The translations under genes were made by a program, and so were the position numbers. The notes below the pieces were generated by a model that saw only the letters and a list, made by a program, of their open reading frames with translations, had not been told where the DNA came from and did not search any database. Shown in pieces: positions 1 through 9,785 of a stretch of DNA of 64,000 bases. Numbering within the stretch: position 1 is the first letter of the stretch; each line of letters starts with the position of its first letter. The stretch lies in IMG/VR virus record IMGVR_UViG_3300010338_000470; one strand, written 5' to 3'. The stretch comes from a virus (lineage: Duplodnaviria; Caudoviricetes).

Positions 1-930
1 CTCATCCAAGAATCCAGCAGCATTCCTCTCGCCTTGACCCATCTTCTCCCCGTCCAAAGTGGCATACCACGACCCACTCTTCTGCACAAGCTCTCGACTT
101 AAGGCCTCTCGGAGAAGAGAAACCGATGGGAGGAATCCCTTACCGAACTCGACATCAACTTCAGCCTGCTTGAACGGTGGGGCCACCTTGTTCTTCACGA
201 CCTTCACACGCACCTTAGAGCCGAGGACCTCACTGCCATCCTTCACATTCTCGATCCTACGAATATCTATACGAACTGAAGAATAGAACTTTAGAGCCCT
301 ACCTCCTGGGGTTACCTCTGGGGATCCCCACATTACCCCCACCTTCTCGCGGAGCTGATTCACGAAGAGGACAGTCGTGTTCGTCTCGTGGACGTTGCCG
401 ACGATCTTCCTCATGGCTTGAGACATCATACGGGCCTGGGCACCGATATGAGAGTCCCCCATCTCCCCCTTCAGCTCGGCCCGCGGGGTGAGCGCTGCCA
501 CTGAATCGACAACGATCAGAGGAAAATCCCGAGTCGCAGCCAAGGAGTCCACAATCTCCAGACCCTCCTCCCCGGTTGTCGGCTGAGCTATAAAAATCGA
601 AGCAACGTCAACCCCCAGAGCCTCGGCATATCCGGGGTCCAAGGCGTGTTCAGCATCGATGTAGGCAACTTCCTTGCCCAACTTCTGAGCCTCCGCAACG
701 GTATGCAGCATCAGGGTGGACTTTCCTGAGGATTCAGGTCCGTACACTTCAGCTACCCGCCCACGCGGGAACCCACCGATCCCTAGAGCCAAATCAATAG
801 AAATGTTCCCCGTGGACAGGGACTCAATCTCTAGCTCTGGGCGGTCACCCATTCGCATCAAAGAAGTGGACCCAAACTGCTTATGGATCTTGTCAATGGC
901 ACTTTGACCTTCAGGACTTATCAACTTCAC
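1..930 (-). CDS. recA: RecA recombinase (3' end runs off the window)
   Basis: Manual translation from GTG at 930: ..IDKIHKQFGSTSLMRMG..EVYGPESSGKST (Walker A)..AYIDAEHALDP..IVVDSVAAL..GGRALKFYSSVRIDIR..KNKVAPPFK; absent from the ORF track because it is truncated. Confidence 0.97.
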   Translation of the reverse strand, partial: MKLISPEGQSAIDKIHKQFGSTSLMRMGDRPELEIESLSTGNISIDLALGIGGFPRGRVAEVYGPESSGKSTLMLHTVAEAQKLGKEVAYIDAEHALDPGYAEALGVDVASIFIAQPTTGEEGLEIVDSLAATRDFPLIVVDSVAALTPRAELKGEMGDSHIGAQARMMSQAMRKIVGNVHETNTTVLFVNQLREKVGVMWGSPEVTPGGRALKFYSSVRIDIRRIENVKDGSEVLGSKVRVKVVKNKVAPPFKQAEVDVEFGKGFLPSVSLLREALSRELVQKSGSWYATLDGEKMGQGERNAAGFLDE

Positions 931-1093
931 TCTCTTTCAGGTTAGAAAACAACTCCACGAGAAGTGGAGCACAGGAACCACACCCGCGACATGCGGGCAG
1001 CTCCCTCAACAAGGCAACAAGAGAGTCACCACTGGAAGCAGCGGCCTCTTCTACCTCTGATGAGGTGATACCTTGACACGAGCAAACAATCAC
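911..1093 (-). CDS. Bfd-like [2Fe-2S] ferredoxin
   Basis: MIVCSCQGIT...CRGCGSC: the CxC...CxxC pattern of bacterioferritin-associated ferredoxins. Confidence 0.8.
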   Translation of the reverse strand: MIVCSCQGITSSEVEEAAASSGDSLVALLRELPACRGCGSCAPLLVELFSNLKESEVDKS

Positions 1094-1575
1094 TAGAGCT
1101 TGTGGGCAGTCACCCTACATCCTTCCAGTTCCTCCTGGACGATACGCCTGTAAATCTCCCAGTCGCCCCCGCCCAACCCGCAACCCATCAGGAAAGGGAT
1201 ATGAATATCCCTACCCGCAAGAGGAAAGCTATTGGAGTTTTCGATAACAGAGTTTAGCTTGGAAAAGCCCGATCGAACAGCCCCATACTCCGTCATTCGA
1301 CCATTGCGGCTATACCGATTCTGTCCAAACAGATTGACAACCACGAGTTCAGGGTTATCCTCAATCTGAACAATGTCGATCTTCCCAAGCAGCAAAGAGT
1401 TGCAGTCCTTGCTTCGCTCAACCATGTTCGCATAGCTCTGGAAAACCTCGGGGTAACGGTTCCTCAGTGCCAGAGCGACTCCCCCGCCCATCACTCCCTT
1501 GCAGTTCACCTGATGGACAAGAATTCCAGATTCCACATCCAACAAGTCTCCAAGTCTTACCGTGATATTACTCAA
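1093..1575 (-). CDS. Macrodomain protein (Poa1p/DarG-like ADP-ribose processing)
   Basis: GDLL..ILVHQVNCKGVMGGGVA..IPFLMGCGLGGGDW macrodomain motifs. Confidence 0.88.
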   Translation of the reverse strand: MSNITVRLGDLLDVESGILVHQVNCKGVMGGGVALALRNRYPEVFQSYANMVERSKDCNSLLLGKIDIVQIEDNPELVVVNLFGQNRYSRNGRMTEYGAVRSGFSKLNSVIENSNSFPLAGRDIHIPFLMGCGLGGGDWEIYRRIVQEELEGCRVTAHKL

Positions 1576-1640
1576 GGGTGTCCAATCTCTAGTCGAAGAA
1601 AGTTCCGATACCGAATCCTACTTCCGAGATCTTCGCGAAG

Positions 1641-4600
1641 TCAGCCAGACAGGTCGATCTCGCATGCCTCAGTATCGCAGAAGCGGCTATCTGAAGCATC
1701 TGCGGTCTTGCCAGAGTCATAGACGGCCTTCAGGTTCACCTTACGGAGTCCCTTGCGTATACGCTCCGCTTCCTCCGCTGACAACACCTCAAACGGAGCC
1801 TGAGCGTACCCACCTTCGTCCTGTGGCGGCAAGAAGGAGATCGTCTTGAACTGTCCAGCCTTTGAACGGAGAAGAGGGTAGATCTGATCTGCCTCATCCT
1901 TACTGAAGGTCACGGTCACGGATACAGCATTGTCTGCCCACCACATCTGCACAAAGGCAGCCAACTCGGCCTTCTCCCAAATCGAAACTTCATGCTCCGA
2001 CCTCATGTCCAAGCCATCCACGGGAAACTCCGCAACGACCGTCCAATTTGGATCATTCAAGTCTGGTTCAACAAGAAACTTGGACTTCTCCAGAATGGAC
2101 ACCAACGGATCATTCCTATGGAACCTCATCCTACGCAAGAAGACTCCTGCATTCGTAGGCCAGTGGACCCCCGGAGAAGTGCCAGCAAGCAAGGATGTGG
2201 AACCAGCAGGCTTAGAGGTTGTCAAGCGAATGGACTGACGCACTCCAAGCCACTCCGAGTACTGAGTGTCCTTTTCCTTCAGGTACTCGTACCCCTCGGA
2301 CAAGTAATTCTTGAGTGTGTCCCAACCTTGCTTCTCAACAAACTCAGCAGTGCCGGTAGTCGAGACGCCAATGCGTCGATTCCTGACAATGACTTCATTC
2401 GTTTCGGCCCAAGGGGTGGGGAGTAGGGTTACCGTCTTGGCGTACAACATGGCCACCTTACATGTAGCCAACCAGTCATCCATGCCTTCAGCATTATTGA
2501 TGTACGTCTCGGCAAGGCACTGATAGGTCAGGGCATTGCCAAAAACGCCCATGTGCTTCACGGGCTCCGTAAAGCAGAATGTGTCTCTCCCCACATCGAC
2601 CAACTCAACGGAAACGACCTTCTGCTTTCGAATCAATGAGATAGGCCTGCCATCAGGGTGAGCGTTGTTTTCCATGGACCCCACGTCGGGACGGTTCTCG
2701 ACAACCTTCAACTTTGTCGGAATCATCGCGCACTCGTGAGCTGGAATACGCAAGGCGTACAGGTCCCTCGTGCGTCTCCCCTTGTTGGTAATGGCTCCCG
2801 CTGGAGCCTCCAAATGTACTGAGGCAGCGTTCACACCGCAACGCCTCAGCAGAATCTGGGCGTCTCGCAACTTCTTCTCGGAACCATGCAAGATGAGGTG
2901 TTGGGACCGTGGGTTCCTGCGAACGGACCCGTCAGCGTCGATCCATCCAGCCATGAAGTCAGCCACAGAGTCAGCATCCCATTGGAACACTTCATCTGGG
3001 AGGCCCTCGCTGGAGTTCCTAAGCCGTCTGCCCTCTTCACTGGAAATGTACTCGGAGACGTTCACCCTCGTGAAGGGATGCGAATAACCCTCTGGGTGCT
3101 GCCACGCTCTCTCTACTCCCGCTAGTGCTGGGAGTAGGACCTCAGACTCTGGCTCCTGCACGAGGGCTAGCGCCTGGTCTCCATCCATGAACCCGTCTCC
3201 AGCGAAGAACCCCCACTGGTAGGCATGCTCGAAATGCTCCCCAATTGACTTGAACTCCAATGCAAAGTTTGGCAGGTCCATTCCCGGCTCAAGTTCAAGT
3301 GTGGACAGTTTCTTGAATGAGCGCTCGGTGGGGCGCTTAGCTGACCACTCATGATTATCGGTCACATCGAGCTGGCTGCCGTCACTGAGCGTGACCCTGT
3401 AGAGAGCCTTGTTGTGGGCTGCCAGGAAGGGCCTCACCTTCGACCAGGATTCACCATTCCAGACCTCGACCTCCTGATCCACAACATCCTCAATGCGGGG
3501 GGCTCCAGTCTTCGTCTGGATTCGAGTCTCGCCCGAGACACAGCACAATTCATGAGATTCCAGGGGGATCTCAGCGCAATTATGCGCCCAGAGACCATTA
3601 GCATCAAAGGCATGGACGCCTTCAACTGTAGCATCGTAAACCTCTTCGGTTCCATCTGGGTCAATAGCAGCGATAACCGATTCAAATGAATCCCTGTGCA
3701 GTGGACGATTGTAGGCAGCGAGCCTATCCCTAAGCTTGGCTGCCTTCACTGGGTTCCTCATTGGGATACGATCAGCGAAAACGGAGAGGTTCTCCCTTGA
3801 TACAATCAGTTCCCAAAGGGGTTGCCTCTGGTAAAGGGCGCTGCCCCCCCGACCATCAGGCAAGAGGACCTCAGAAGTCTCCCTGCGGAAATAGATCGTG
3901 CTGTTGATTCCAAGGCGTCCAAGCATCCTTTGAGCTGCCCCGAGCATATCCCTGTCAATTGATGTCAGGCGAACGGAAACACCCTTAGTTTGCGTCCCCT
4001 GAATTGATCCATCCGTGTCGAACAGGCCAGCCAGCACGCCAGCCGTGAAATCACTGGACCCCTCTTCGATCTTGTCTGTAATCGTCTTGTTGCCCCTGAA
4101 AACTCCGAACTTGTCGGCCAGGTTAGTCAGTCCAGCAGTACCCAAGCGATACTGGTTAGAAGTCTTGACCCAGCCCTTGAAGGTCGGTCCAACCCCAAGA
4201 GCCTCAACGTCCTCAAGGAGAGTGGCCATAACTGCACCAGACCCATTGTCATGATCTGGCCAGCATGCCAGGTACGCTCTGGCGTCATCGAAAGTGCCGT
4301 CACCAATAAGGTGGCCAAGCATGTAGCCCTCCGATTCTGACCCAGGGCCATCCCAAGAATAAGACCCGTGACGATGCACCTTGATGGCATCGCCAGCCTC
4401 CAAGTCCGCCAGCTCAACCCACTGGCCATCCGCTCGGAGCAGCTGATGATTGTCCGTCAGCCTGAGTTCGCGACCGTCCGTGAACACGACCTTGAACACA
4501 TCCTTTTCACCAGTTTTCCAGAACCCGGTTGGAGAAGCGTACTCTTGACCATCAACTACCGCTGTAAACGGGGAATCCAGAAGGTCTACTACCTTCCTCG

Positions 4601-6209
4601 CCCCATTACTGGTCAGGACCCATGTATCGCCAGTCACGCAAGGGTTAACCCCAGTGACCCTATAGTCCTTGTTGTCGGGAGGATCAGCCAGCCGCCCACG
4701 GCTCCTGGCAACGTCAAGCCAGACAATTCCAGGCTCACCGTTCACGATGTTGGACTCGATGATGTGGGAAAGATCAGTAGAAACTTCGGCCGCAACAGAG
4801 TTGTTGGAATTCCAGCTCCAACCGTCCGGGCCAGTGCGTTCAGCGTTCTCTGGAAGATTCCAGTTCTTCAGGTTGATGTAATCCTCGTCGTCGGGTGACC
4901 CGAGTGCGAGTTCAGCACTGCGACGCGCTCCTCCTGCAACGACTGCCTTTCCAATCAGGTTCTGAATGTCGACAATGTCACGCGAGGTTAGAGGTTCCCC
5001 CTCGCGATCAGAGAGAAGCCTTCTCACTGATTCGTGCAAGCTCTGGAGAGGGCCTGGTCCTGAGGCCGTACCTCCGAAGGTCTTGAGGGGGGCTCCAGCG
5101 GGCCTCACCAAGGAGTAGTCGAACTCGACTGGCTTCTGCCCTGCCAAGAAAAATGTCACCAGTAGGTGTCCCACGGAGTCGGCCCACCCCTCCCTCGTAT
5201 CTGGGACAACAAAAACTTCAGGCTCGCCACTCGGCTCATGAAGGGTGATGTTGCCAGCGCCCTTCGTATCGAACCCAACCCCAATGCCATTCATGCTCAT
5301 GTCCATGAGCCTCACAAATGGAAGGGTTGCTTCGTACTTGGAGTGCGAAGTGATTTTCTCTGTCGAAATCCAGGCGCAGTTTCCTGTGAGAATGTTGCCC
5401 TCGATTACAAATGCAGCTTCATCCGGGACGGTAGCACAGAAAACTTCCGCCCTCCTGCCCGTGCACTCAACATTGACAACGGTCCAGGATTCCTCCGAAG
5501 TCGAGTTAACTCCTTGCTCGTACACCTCCTGAAGTACATGTGCTGGCCTCAGGTCGCGAGTCGAAACCTCTCTGTAGTCAGCGCTGGAACCACCTGATTC
5601 CTGCTTGCCCTTGACGAACCAACGGTGGTTTTCTGTAGTCAGGAATGAGAGGGTCTCTCCCGCCCCCTTGACCGTAACTTCCCATAGCTCCTCCTCTCCA
5701 AAAGAGGAAACTGGGGCTTCAATCCACTTACCCCCCCTACTCAACAGAGTGGGCGTGGTGCCAGAGAGGCTTCTTAGGGTCTTCCAGCCTCTAGTGGTCA
5801 AAGCCAGGGTTTCCCCATCGAAGCAGTTGTACAGGGGGGCTGAGTTGGAATTTCCAACAGTCATCTCTGTGCCCATGGCCCACATGCCTCGACCGGGAGG
5901 GGTCCACTTGAAGTTGAACATCCGGTCGTAAGCGTCCTGGGCAGCCTTCTGGGCCTTGTGGTCATTCCAGGGTGTCCGCTGACCCCTGCACCAATCCTTT
6001 TGGATTGAGAACATGCCCTCGACTACCCTACGGCAAGTTTCGTGCCAGCGCTCCTTGGTCCCGTCATCCTTGATCCTTGAGTACTTGCTGATGTAGGTCA
6101 GTTCCCCTAGGCTCAGGCCTTCGTGGATGTTAAACCCCCACGGAATGGACTTGTTAGCGTACTGCTCAACAAAGGAATCTGAAAGACGAAAGGAAAGGAA
6201 CTCTGACAC
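1641..6209 (-). CDS. nrdJ: Class II (B12-dependent) ribonucleotide reductase with three inteins; ~678 aa after splicing
   Basis: PPGRGMW, VVAGGARRSA, GVNP|CAEIPLESHELC|CLAE, KPAGSTSLL, C-terminal CDTEAC. Confidence 0.95.
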   Translation of the reverse strand: MSEFLSFRLSDSFVEQYANKSIPWGFNIHEGLSLGELTYISKYSRIKDDGTKERWHETCRRVVEGMFSIQKDWCRGQRTPWNDHKAQKAAQDAYDRMFNFKWTPPGRGMWAMGTEMTVGNSNSAPLYNCFDGETLALTTRGWKTLRSLSGTTPTLLSRGGKWIEAPVSSFGEEELWEVTVKGAGETLSFLTTENHRWFVKGKQESGGSSADYREVSTRDLRPAHVLQEVYEQGVNSTSEESWTVVNVECTGRRAEVFCATVPDEAAFVIEGNILTGNCAWISTEKITSHSKYEATLPFVRLMDMSMNGIGVGFDTKGAGNITLHEPSGEPEVFVVPDTREGWADSVGHLLVTFFLAGQKPVEFDYSLVRPAGAPLKTFGGTASGPGPLQSLHESVRRLLSDREGEPLTSRDIVDIQNLIGKAVVAGGARRSAELALGSPDDEDYINLKNWNLPENAERTGPDGWSWNSNNSVAAEVSTDLSHIIESNIVNGEPGIVWLDVARSRGRLADPPDNKDYRVTGVNPCVTGDTWVLTSNGARKVVDLLDSPFTAVVDGQEYASPTGFWKTGEKDVFKVVFTDGRELRLTDNHQLLRADGQWVELADLEAGDAIKVHRHGSYSWDGPGSESEGYMLGHLIGDGTFDDARAYLACWPDHDNGSGAVMATLLEDVEALGVGPTFKGWVKTSNQYRLGTAGLTNLADKFGVFRGNKTITDKIEEGSSDFTAGVLAGLFDTDGSIQGTQTKGVSVRLTSIDRDMLGAAQRMLGRLGINSTIYFRRETSEVLLPDGRGGSALYQRQPLWELIVSRENLSVFADRIPMRNPVKAAKLRDRLAAYNRPLHRDSFESVIAAIDPDGTEEVYDATVEGVHAFDANGLWAHNCAEIPLESHELCCVSGETRIQTKTGAPRIEDVVDQEVEVWNGESWSKVRPFLAAHNKALYRVTLSDGSQLDVTDNHEWSAKRPTERSFKKLSTLELEPGMDLPNFALEFKSIGEHFEHAYQWGFFAGDGFMDGDQALALVQEPESEVLLPALAGVERAWQHPEGYSHPFTRVNVSEYISSEEGRRLRNSSEGLPDEVFQWDADSVADFMAGWIDADGSVRRNPRSQHLILHGSEKKLRDAQILLRRCGVNAASVHLEAPAGAITNKGRRTRDLYALRIPAHECAMIPTKLKVVENRPDVGSMENNAHPDGRPISLIRKQKVVSVELVDVGRDTFCFTEPVKHMGVFGNALTYQCLAETYINNAEGMDDWLATCKVAMLYAKTVTLLPTPWAETNEVIVRNRRIGVSTTGTAEFVEKQGWDTLKNYLSEGYEYLKEKDTQYSEWLGVRQSIRLTTSKPAGSTSLLAGTSPGVHWPTNAGVFLRRMRFHRNDPLVSILEKSKFLVEPDLNDPNWTVVAEFPVDGLDMRSEHEVSIWEKAELAAFVQMWWADNAVSVTVTFSKDEADQIYPLLRSKAGQFKTISFLPPQDEGGYAQAPFEVLSAEEAERIRKGLRKVNLKAVYDSGKTADASDSRFCDTEACEIDLSG
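2520..3542 (-). mobile_element. RNR intein 3 with LAGLIDADG endonuclease, C-terminal Gln (341 aa)
   Basis: ELC|CVSGETRI...WGFFAGDG...MAGWIDADG...FGNALTYQ|CLAE. Confidence 0.9.
3579..4640 (-). mobile_element. RNR intein 2 with LAGLIDADG endonuclease (354 aa)
   Basis: NP|CVTGDTWV...LGHLIGDG...LAGLFDTDG...ANGLWAHN|CAE. Confidence 0.93.
5379..5825 (-). mobile_element. RNR intein 1, mini-intein (149 aa, no endonuclease)
   Basis: LYN|CFDGETLALT...TTENHRW...EVFCATV..GNILTGN|CAW. Confidence 0.9.
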
Positions 6210-6318
6210 TGAAACCTCAATCTGGTAGGGGGGGGTGGACAGGAATTGACTATAGCATGGAGAGTTCCAGGAATCTGGCTAACCCTCCAATTTCAAGTGG
6301 AGAGATGTTGGCTCTGAG

Positions 6319-6495
6319 CTATCTCTCAGGATGAACACGATCGCTGAGATCGGGAAGGTTCCTCAAAGCGTCGTATTCGTCACGCTTCACAAGTGCTTCT
6401 TCTAGAGTCGAAGCGACAGCGAAGGTCTCGCCATTCTCGTCCTTTACTAGGACATCGCCCTTCGTGGCGGAAAGAATGTAGGCATACCTTGGCAT
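6319..6495 (-). CDS. Small hypothetical protein (58 aa)
   Basis: MPRYAYILSATKGDVLVKDENGETF..; ATG overlaps the orn stop (TGATG). Confidence 0.6.
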   Translation of the reverse strand: MPRYAYILSATKGDVLVKDENGETFAVASTLEEALVKRDEYDALRNLPDLSDRVHPER

Positions 6496-7070
6496 CACTG
6501 ACCCTCGCTGTATCCGTTGAAGAACTTCTCATAATAGAAGGAGGCTTCTTCAATGGTGGAGGAAACATCATCCAAGGCCCTATGCCTCTTCTCTTTGGAG
6601 CCCACCCATCCATCGTTTGGGTGCCAGACCTTGGAAATCTCCTTGATGGAGGAGACATCAATGTTCCTATAGTGGAAAAAGGACTCCAGGTCAGGCATGT
6701 GGACCTTCAAAAAGGCTCTGTCAAAATGAACAGTGCTTCCCATGAGCGGGAACTTCCCCGGAGGGAGTCCAAAAGACTTGAGCCAATCCAGGGCTCTCGA
6801 TTCCACAACATCAGCTGTTGGGACCTCTTTTCCGCCCTCAAGTAGTTCTGACAGGAGTCCACTCTCCTGATGCATGTATCGAACAACCCTGTCCAGGTTG
6901 TCCAGTGGGCCAGCATCACCCGGCCACACCAAGGATTCAAACGATGCAAGTTCATGTAGTTCCTTGTCGGCCACAGTAATGCCCACCTCTAGAATCCATT
7001 CCGTGTCGGGAGACAGGCCCGTAGTTTCTAGATCCAGGCAAATGAAGGCAACGTCATCAGGGTCTACCAC
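6495..7070 (-). CDS. orn: Oligoribonuclease (DEDDh)
   Basis: LDLETTGL, GSTVHFDRAFL, HYRNIDVSSIKE, HRALDD; start estimated at GTG 7070. Confidence 0.93.
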   Translation of the reverse strand: MVDPDDVAFICLDLETTGLSPDTEWILEVGITVADKELHELASFESLVWPGDAGPLDNLDRVVRYMHQESGLLSELLEGGKEVPTADVVESRALDWLKSFGLPPGKFPLMGSTVHFDRAFLKVHMPDLESFFHYRNIDVSSIKEISKVWHPNDGWVGSKEKRHRALDDVSSTIEEASFYYEKFFNGYSEGQ

Positions 7071-8134
7071 TTTTCCTTCTTTCGGTCCATAGTGAGGATG
7101 GGGGCATTGCATACAATGGCATTCGTCGGGGTCGTTACCCAGAAGGCCTGCTGTGGGGGCTCAAACTCGAAGCCATTCAAGTAAGCGTACTCATCGTACC
7201 CCTTGTTCGCTCCGTTGACAATGATCGACTTGTAATGGGTAAGCTGATGGAAGTGCCCCATAACAAGCACATCGTAATGTCGTCCGGTGTCCATTGAAAG
7301 CTTGCGCTTGCGGGCATCTCCCCTCACCATCGCTGTTGCGATACCGGCAATCCCGTTCCCGCCCCTGAACTGATCACCATGAGTCAACCTGTAGGTTGTG
7401 TTGTAGATCGGAACCATGCAGTCTGCTGACTCAGGGATCTGGAAGGTCACTCGATCATCGGAGCGGAACTCACGTTCGAGGAGCTTGTAGATGAGCCAAT
7501 CTACGTTGTCCCTAACTCGCCCCTTGGTTCTTGGCTTCAAGGTCAGGCGACCATGATTGCCCACCACGCCAGAAACATGAACCTTCCCGAATCTTTCAAC
7601 CATCATCTCAATTCCAGCAGACAGCTCCTCTGACCAGAACAGTACAGTTTCAGGAAGGTGAGCTTCATTGGTTTCTGCTAGGTCGTGAAGGGTTCCGGTG
7701 ACCATGTCTCCGCCCAGGAACAGGTTTAGCCCTTCGTAATCGAATCCGGTGAAGTACCGATCCGTCATCATGATCGTCTTCTCGAATGACCTCTTGAGGC
7801 GCTGCTGGGCAATCTCACGATTGTAAGCATTGAGCCCTTCGATCTCGTCAGGGTTGACCACCTCGTCAAAGTGACAGTCGGAAATCATCAAAGTGGCAAT
7901 AGCTTTGGAGTGATTCTTGTTTGCCTTCGGCAGGGTCCACTTCGGAACTTCCAGCTCAGCCTCATCTATAGTGACCAGCTGGTCAACAAATTCCTCTAGG
8001 TCGGCAATCTGCTTCTCCAGGCGACCCGTTCGGGTCTTCAAGTTCCTGTTTTCCAGTTTGACCTTTTCAAATTTCTCGACTGGCACTTCGCCAAGGCCAG
8101 CTGTGGCCTGGTCTAGGTCTTCACTGAGACTCAT
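7064..8134 (-). CDS. Calcineurin-like metallophosphoesterase with N-terminal coiled coil
   Basis: SDCH, GGDMV, VGNHG, THGD, MGHFH motifs. Confidence 0.88.
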   Translation of the reverse strand: MSLSEDLDQATAGLGEVPVEKFEKVKLENRNLKTRTGRLEKQIADLEEFVDQLVTIDEAELEVPKWTLPKANKNHSKAIATLMISDCHFDEVVNPDEIEGLNAYNREIAQQRLKRSFEKTIMMTDRYFTGFDYEGLNLFLGGDMVTGTLHDLAETNEAHLPETVLFWSEELSAGIEMMVERFGKVHVSGVVGNHGRLTLKPRTKGRVRDNVDWLIYKLLEREFRSDDRVTFQIPESADCMVPIYNTTYRLTHGDQFRGGNGIAGIATAMVRGDARKRKLSMDTGRHYDVLVMGHFHQLTHYKSIIVNGANKGYDEYAYLNGFEFEPPQQAFWVTTPTNAIVCNAPILTMDRKKEKW

Positions 8135-8405
8135 GACTCTCCTCGAATCGTAGTTCTGGTGGTATCCAGGCCTCTGCATTGACGAAGCGCCTGACTTGAT
8201 CGTAAGAAACGCTATACCCGTTCTTCTGAAGGACTCGGAAAATGACCTTGGCTGGAATCTTCGGATCGTACAGCGCCCGGAGCAGGGAGGACCGTTCAGG
8301 TTCATCCATCTCCAGCAGGAGGGCCACCAAGCCGTTCACGTTGTGTGTCCCAGAGCGGCCTGCTTCAAGGCTGGACTCTTTGTAGAAGTCTATGCTTTCA
8401 GGCAT
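8121..8405 (-). CDS. Hypothetical protein
   Basis: ORF with RBS, overlapping the downstream phosphoesterase gene. Confidence 0.6.
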   Translation of the reverse strand: MPESIDFYKESSLEAGRSGTHNVNGLVALLLEMDEPERSSLLRALYDPKIPAKVIFRVLQKNGYSVSYDQVRRFVNAEAWIPPELRFEESHESQ

Positions 8406-8450
8406 GCTTACCTCTCGTCTAGTCGATGCTATCACGAACGCCTAGTGTAG

Positions 8451-9785
8451 CTACTCGCCACGCGCCAGTGTTGCGAATCTCATCTGATTTGGGAGCCAAC
8501 CAAGCTTGAGGGTTCCCATGGAGCCCTGCCTATGCTTGCTGATAATCAGCTCAGCAAAACCCTTGTCTTCCGAATCTTCGTTGTAGTAATCGTCACGATA
8601 CAGGAAGGAAACTACGTCAGCATCCTGTTCGATGGCCCCAGACTCTCTCAGGTCTGAGAGCATGGGGCGTTTGTTCTGCCTGCCTTCAAGACCTCTAGAA
8701 AGCTGAGAAAGAGCCAGCACTGGGCAATTCAGGTCTTTGGCTACCGTCTTCAGCTTTCTGGAAATCTCGGAAACCTCAAGCTGCCTCGATTCGCGTTGAC
8801 CCGAGGATCGCATGAGCTGCAAGTAGTCCACCACAATCAATCCTAGCTGTCCATACTTCGCCTGAACCTTCTTCGCCCTAGACATGACATCAAGAACAGT
8901 TGGTTCAGACGAATCATCAAACAGCAATGGGGCCGCTGCTACCTTCTGGGCAGCCTCATTCAAGTCAATCCAATCCTTTGAGGAAAGAACGAGTTTCCGT
9001 CCATCCCTGGAAGAAAAATTGACGTGAGAGATGCTGGTCAAAAGCCTACTGAGGATTTCTTCGTTCTGCATCTCGATACTGAAATACAGAACGGGAAGGT
9101 TCAAGTCTATGGCAACGTGAGAAGCAATGTTCAAAGCTAGGGCAGATTTACCCATGCCTGGCCTGGCACCAAGAACAACCAAGGCCCCCCTTCTGAGGCC
9201 ACTCAATTTATAGTCAATGTCCTTGTAGCCCGTAGGAACACCTACAACTCCACCGGGAGACAACCAGGAATCAGCGACGTTATCGAAAGTGGAGGCTAGA
9301 ACATCCCCGGCTTCCTCCAGCGAGGAGGTCTGCACTCTGGCTGAAGCCTCGAAAACTAGACTCTCGGCATCCTGCACGAGGTCATCAATGAGGGAGGGAC
9401 TCAAGAGGCACCGTTCCTGAATCTCCCGACTCGCCTCCAGTAGCCTCCTAAGGACGGCCTTGTTGCGGACGATCTTGGCATAGGATGAAGCCTGAGAAAG
9501 GACAGGAGCGGCCGTCTGGAGGCCCACAAGCTCCTTTGGCCAGTCTGGCCCACCACCACCATCCGAAGCGTCAGCGAACTTCAAAGCGTCGTGAACTGTA
9601 ATGGGATTGACGTCCCCGCTGGCCTTGTAGATATCCAGCATGCACGAATAGAGCTTCTTGTTGGAAGGGATGTAGAAGTCATCGACTTCCACCAAATCCG
9701 CTACCTCCGGTAGGGTGCTATCAGAAACGAGGATAGCTCCCAGGACAGCCCTCTCCGCATCCTTATCGTGGGGGGCTGAGGCCAT
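8451..9785 (-). CDS. dnaB: Replicative DNA helicase
   Basis: GARPGMGKS, FSIEM, IVVDYLQLM, LSQLSR, DLRESGAIEQDAD. Confidence 0.97.
   Translation of the reverse strand: MASAPHDKDAERAVLGAILVSDSTLPEVADLVEVDDFYIPSNKKLYSCMLDIYKASGDVNPITVHDALKFADASDGGGGPDWPKELVGLQTAAPVLSQASSYAKIVRNKAVLRRLLEASREIQERCLLSPSLIDDLVQDAESLVFEASARVQTSSLEEAGDVLASTFDNVADSWLSPGGVVGVPTGYKDIDYKLSGLRRGALVVLGARPGMGKSALALNIASHVAIDLNLPVLYFSIEMQNEEILSRLLTSISHVNFSSRDGRKLVLSSKDWIDLNEAAQKVAAAPLLFDDSSEPTVLDVMSRAKKVQAKYGQLGLIVVDYLQLMRSSGQRESRQLEVSEISRKLKTVAKDLNCPVLALSQLSRGLEGRQNKRPMLSDLRESGAIEQDADVVSFLYRDDYYNEDSEDKGFAELIISKHRQGSMGTLKLGWLPNQMRFATLARGE

Noticed and set aside
59-907. Plus-strand ORFs 59-286 and 716-907
   Set aside because: Antisense shadows of recA.
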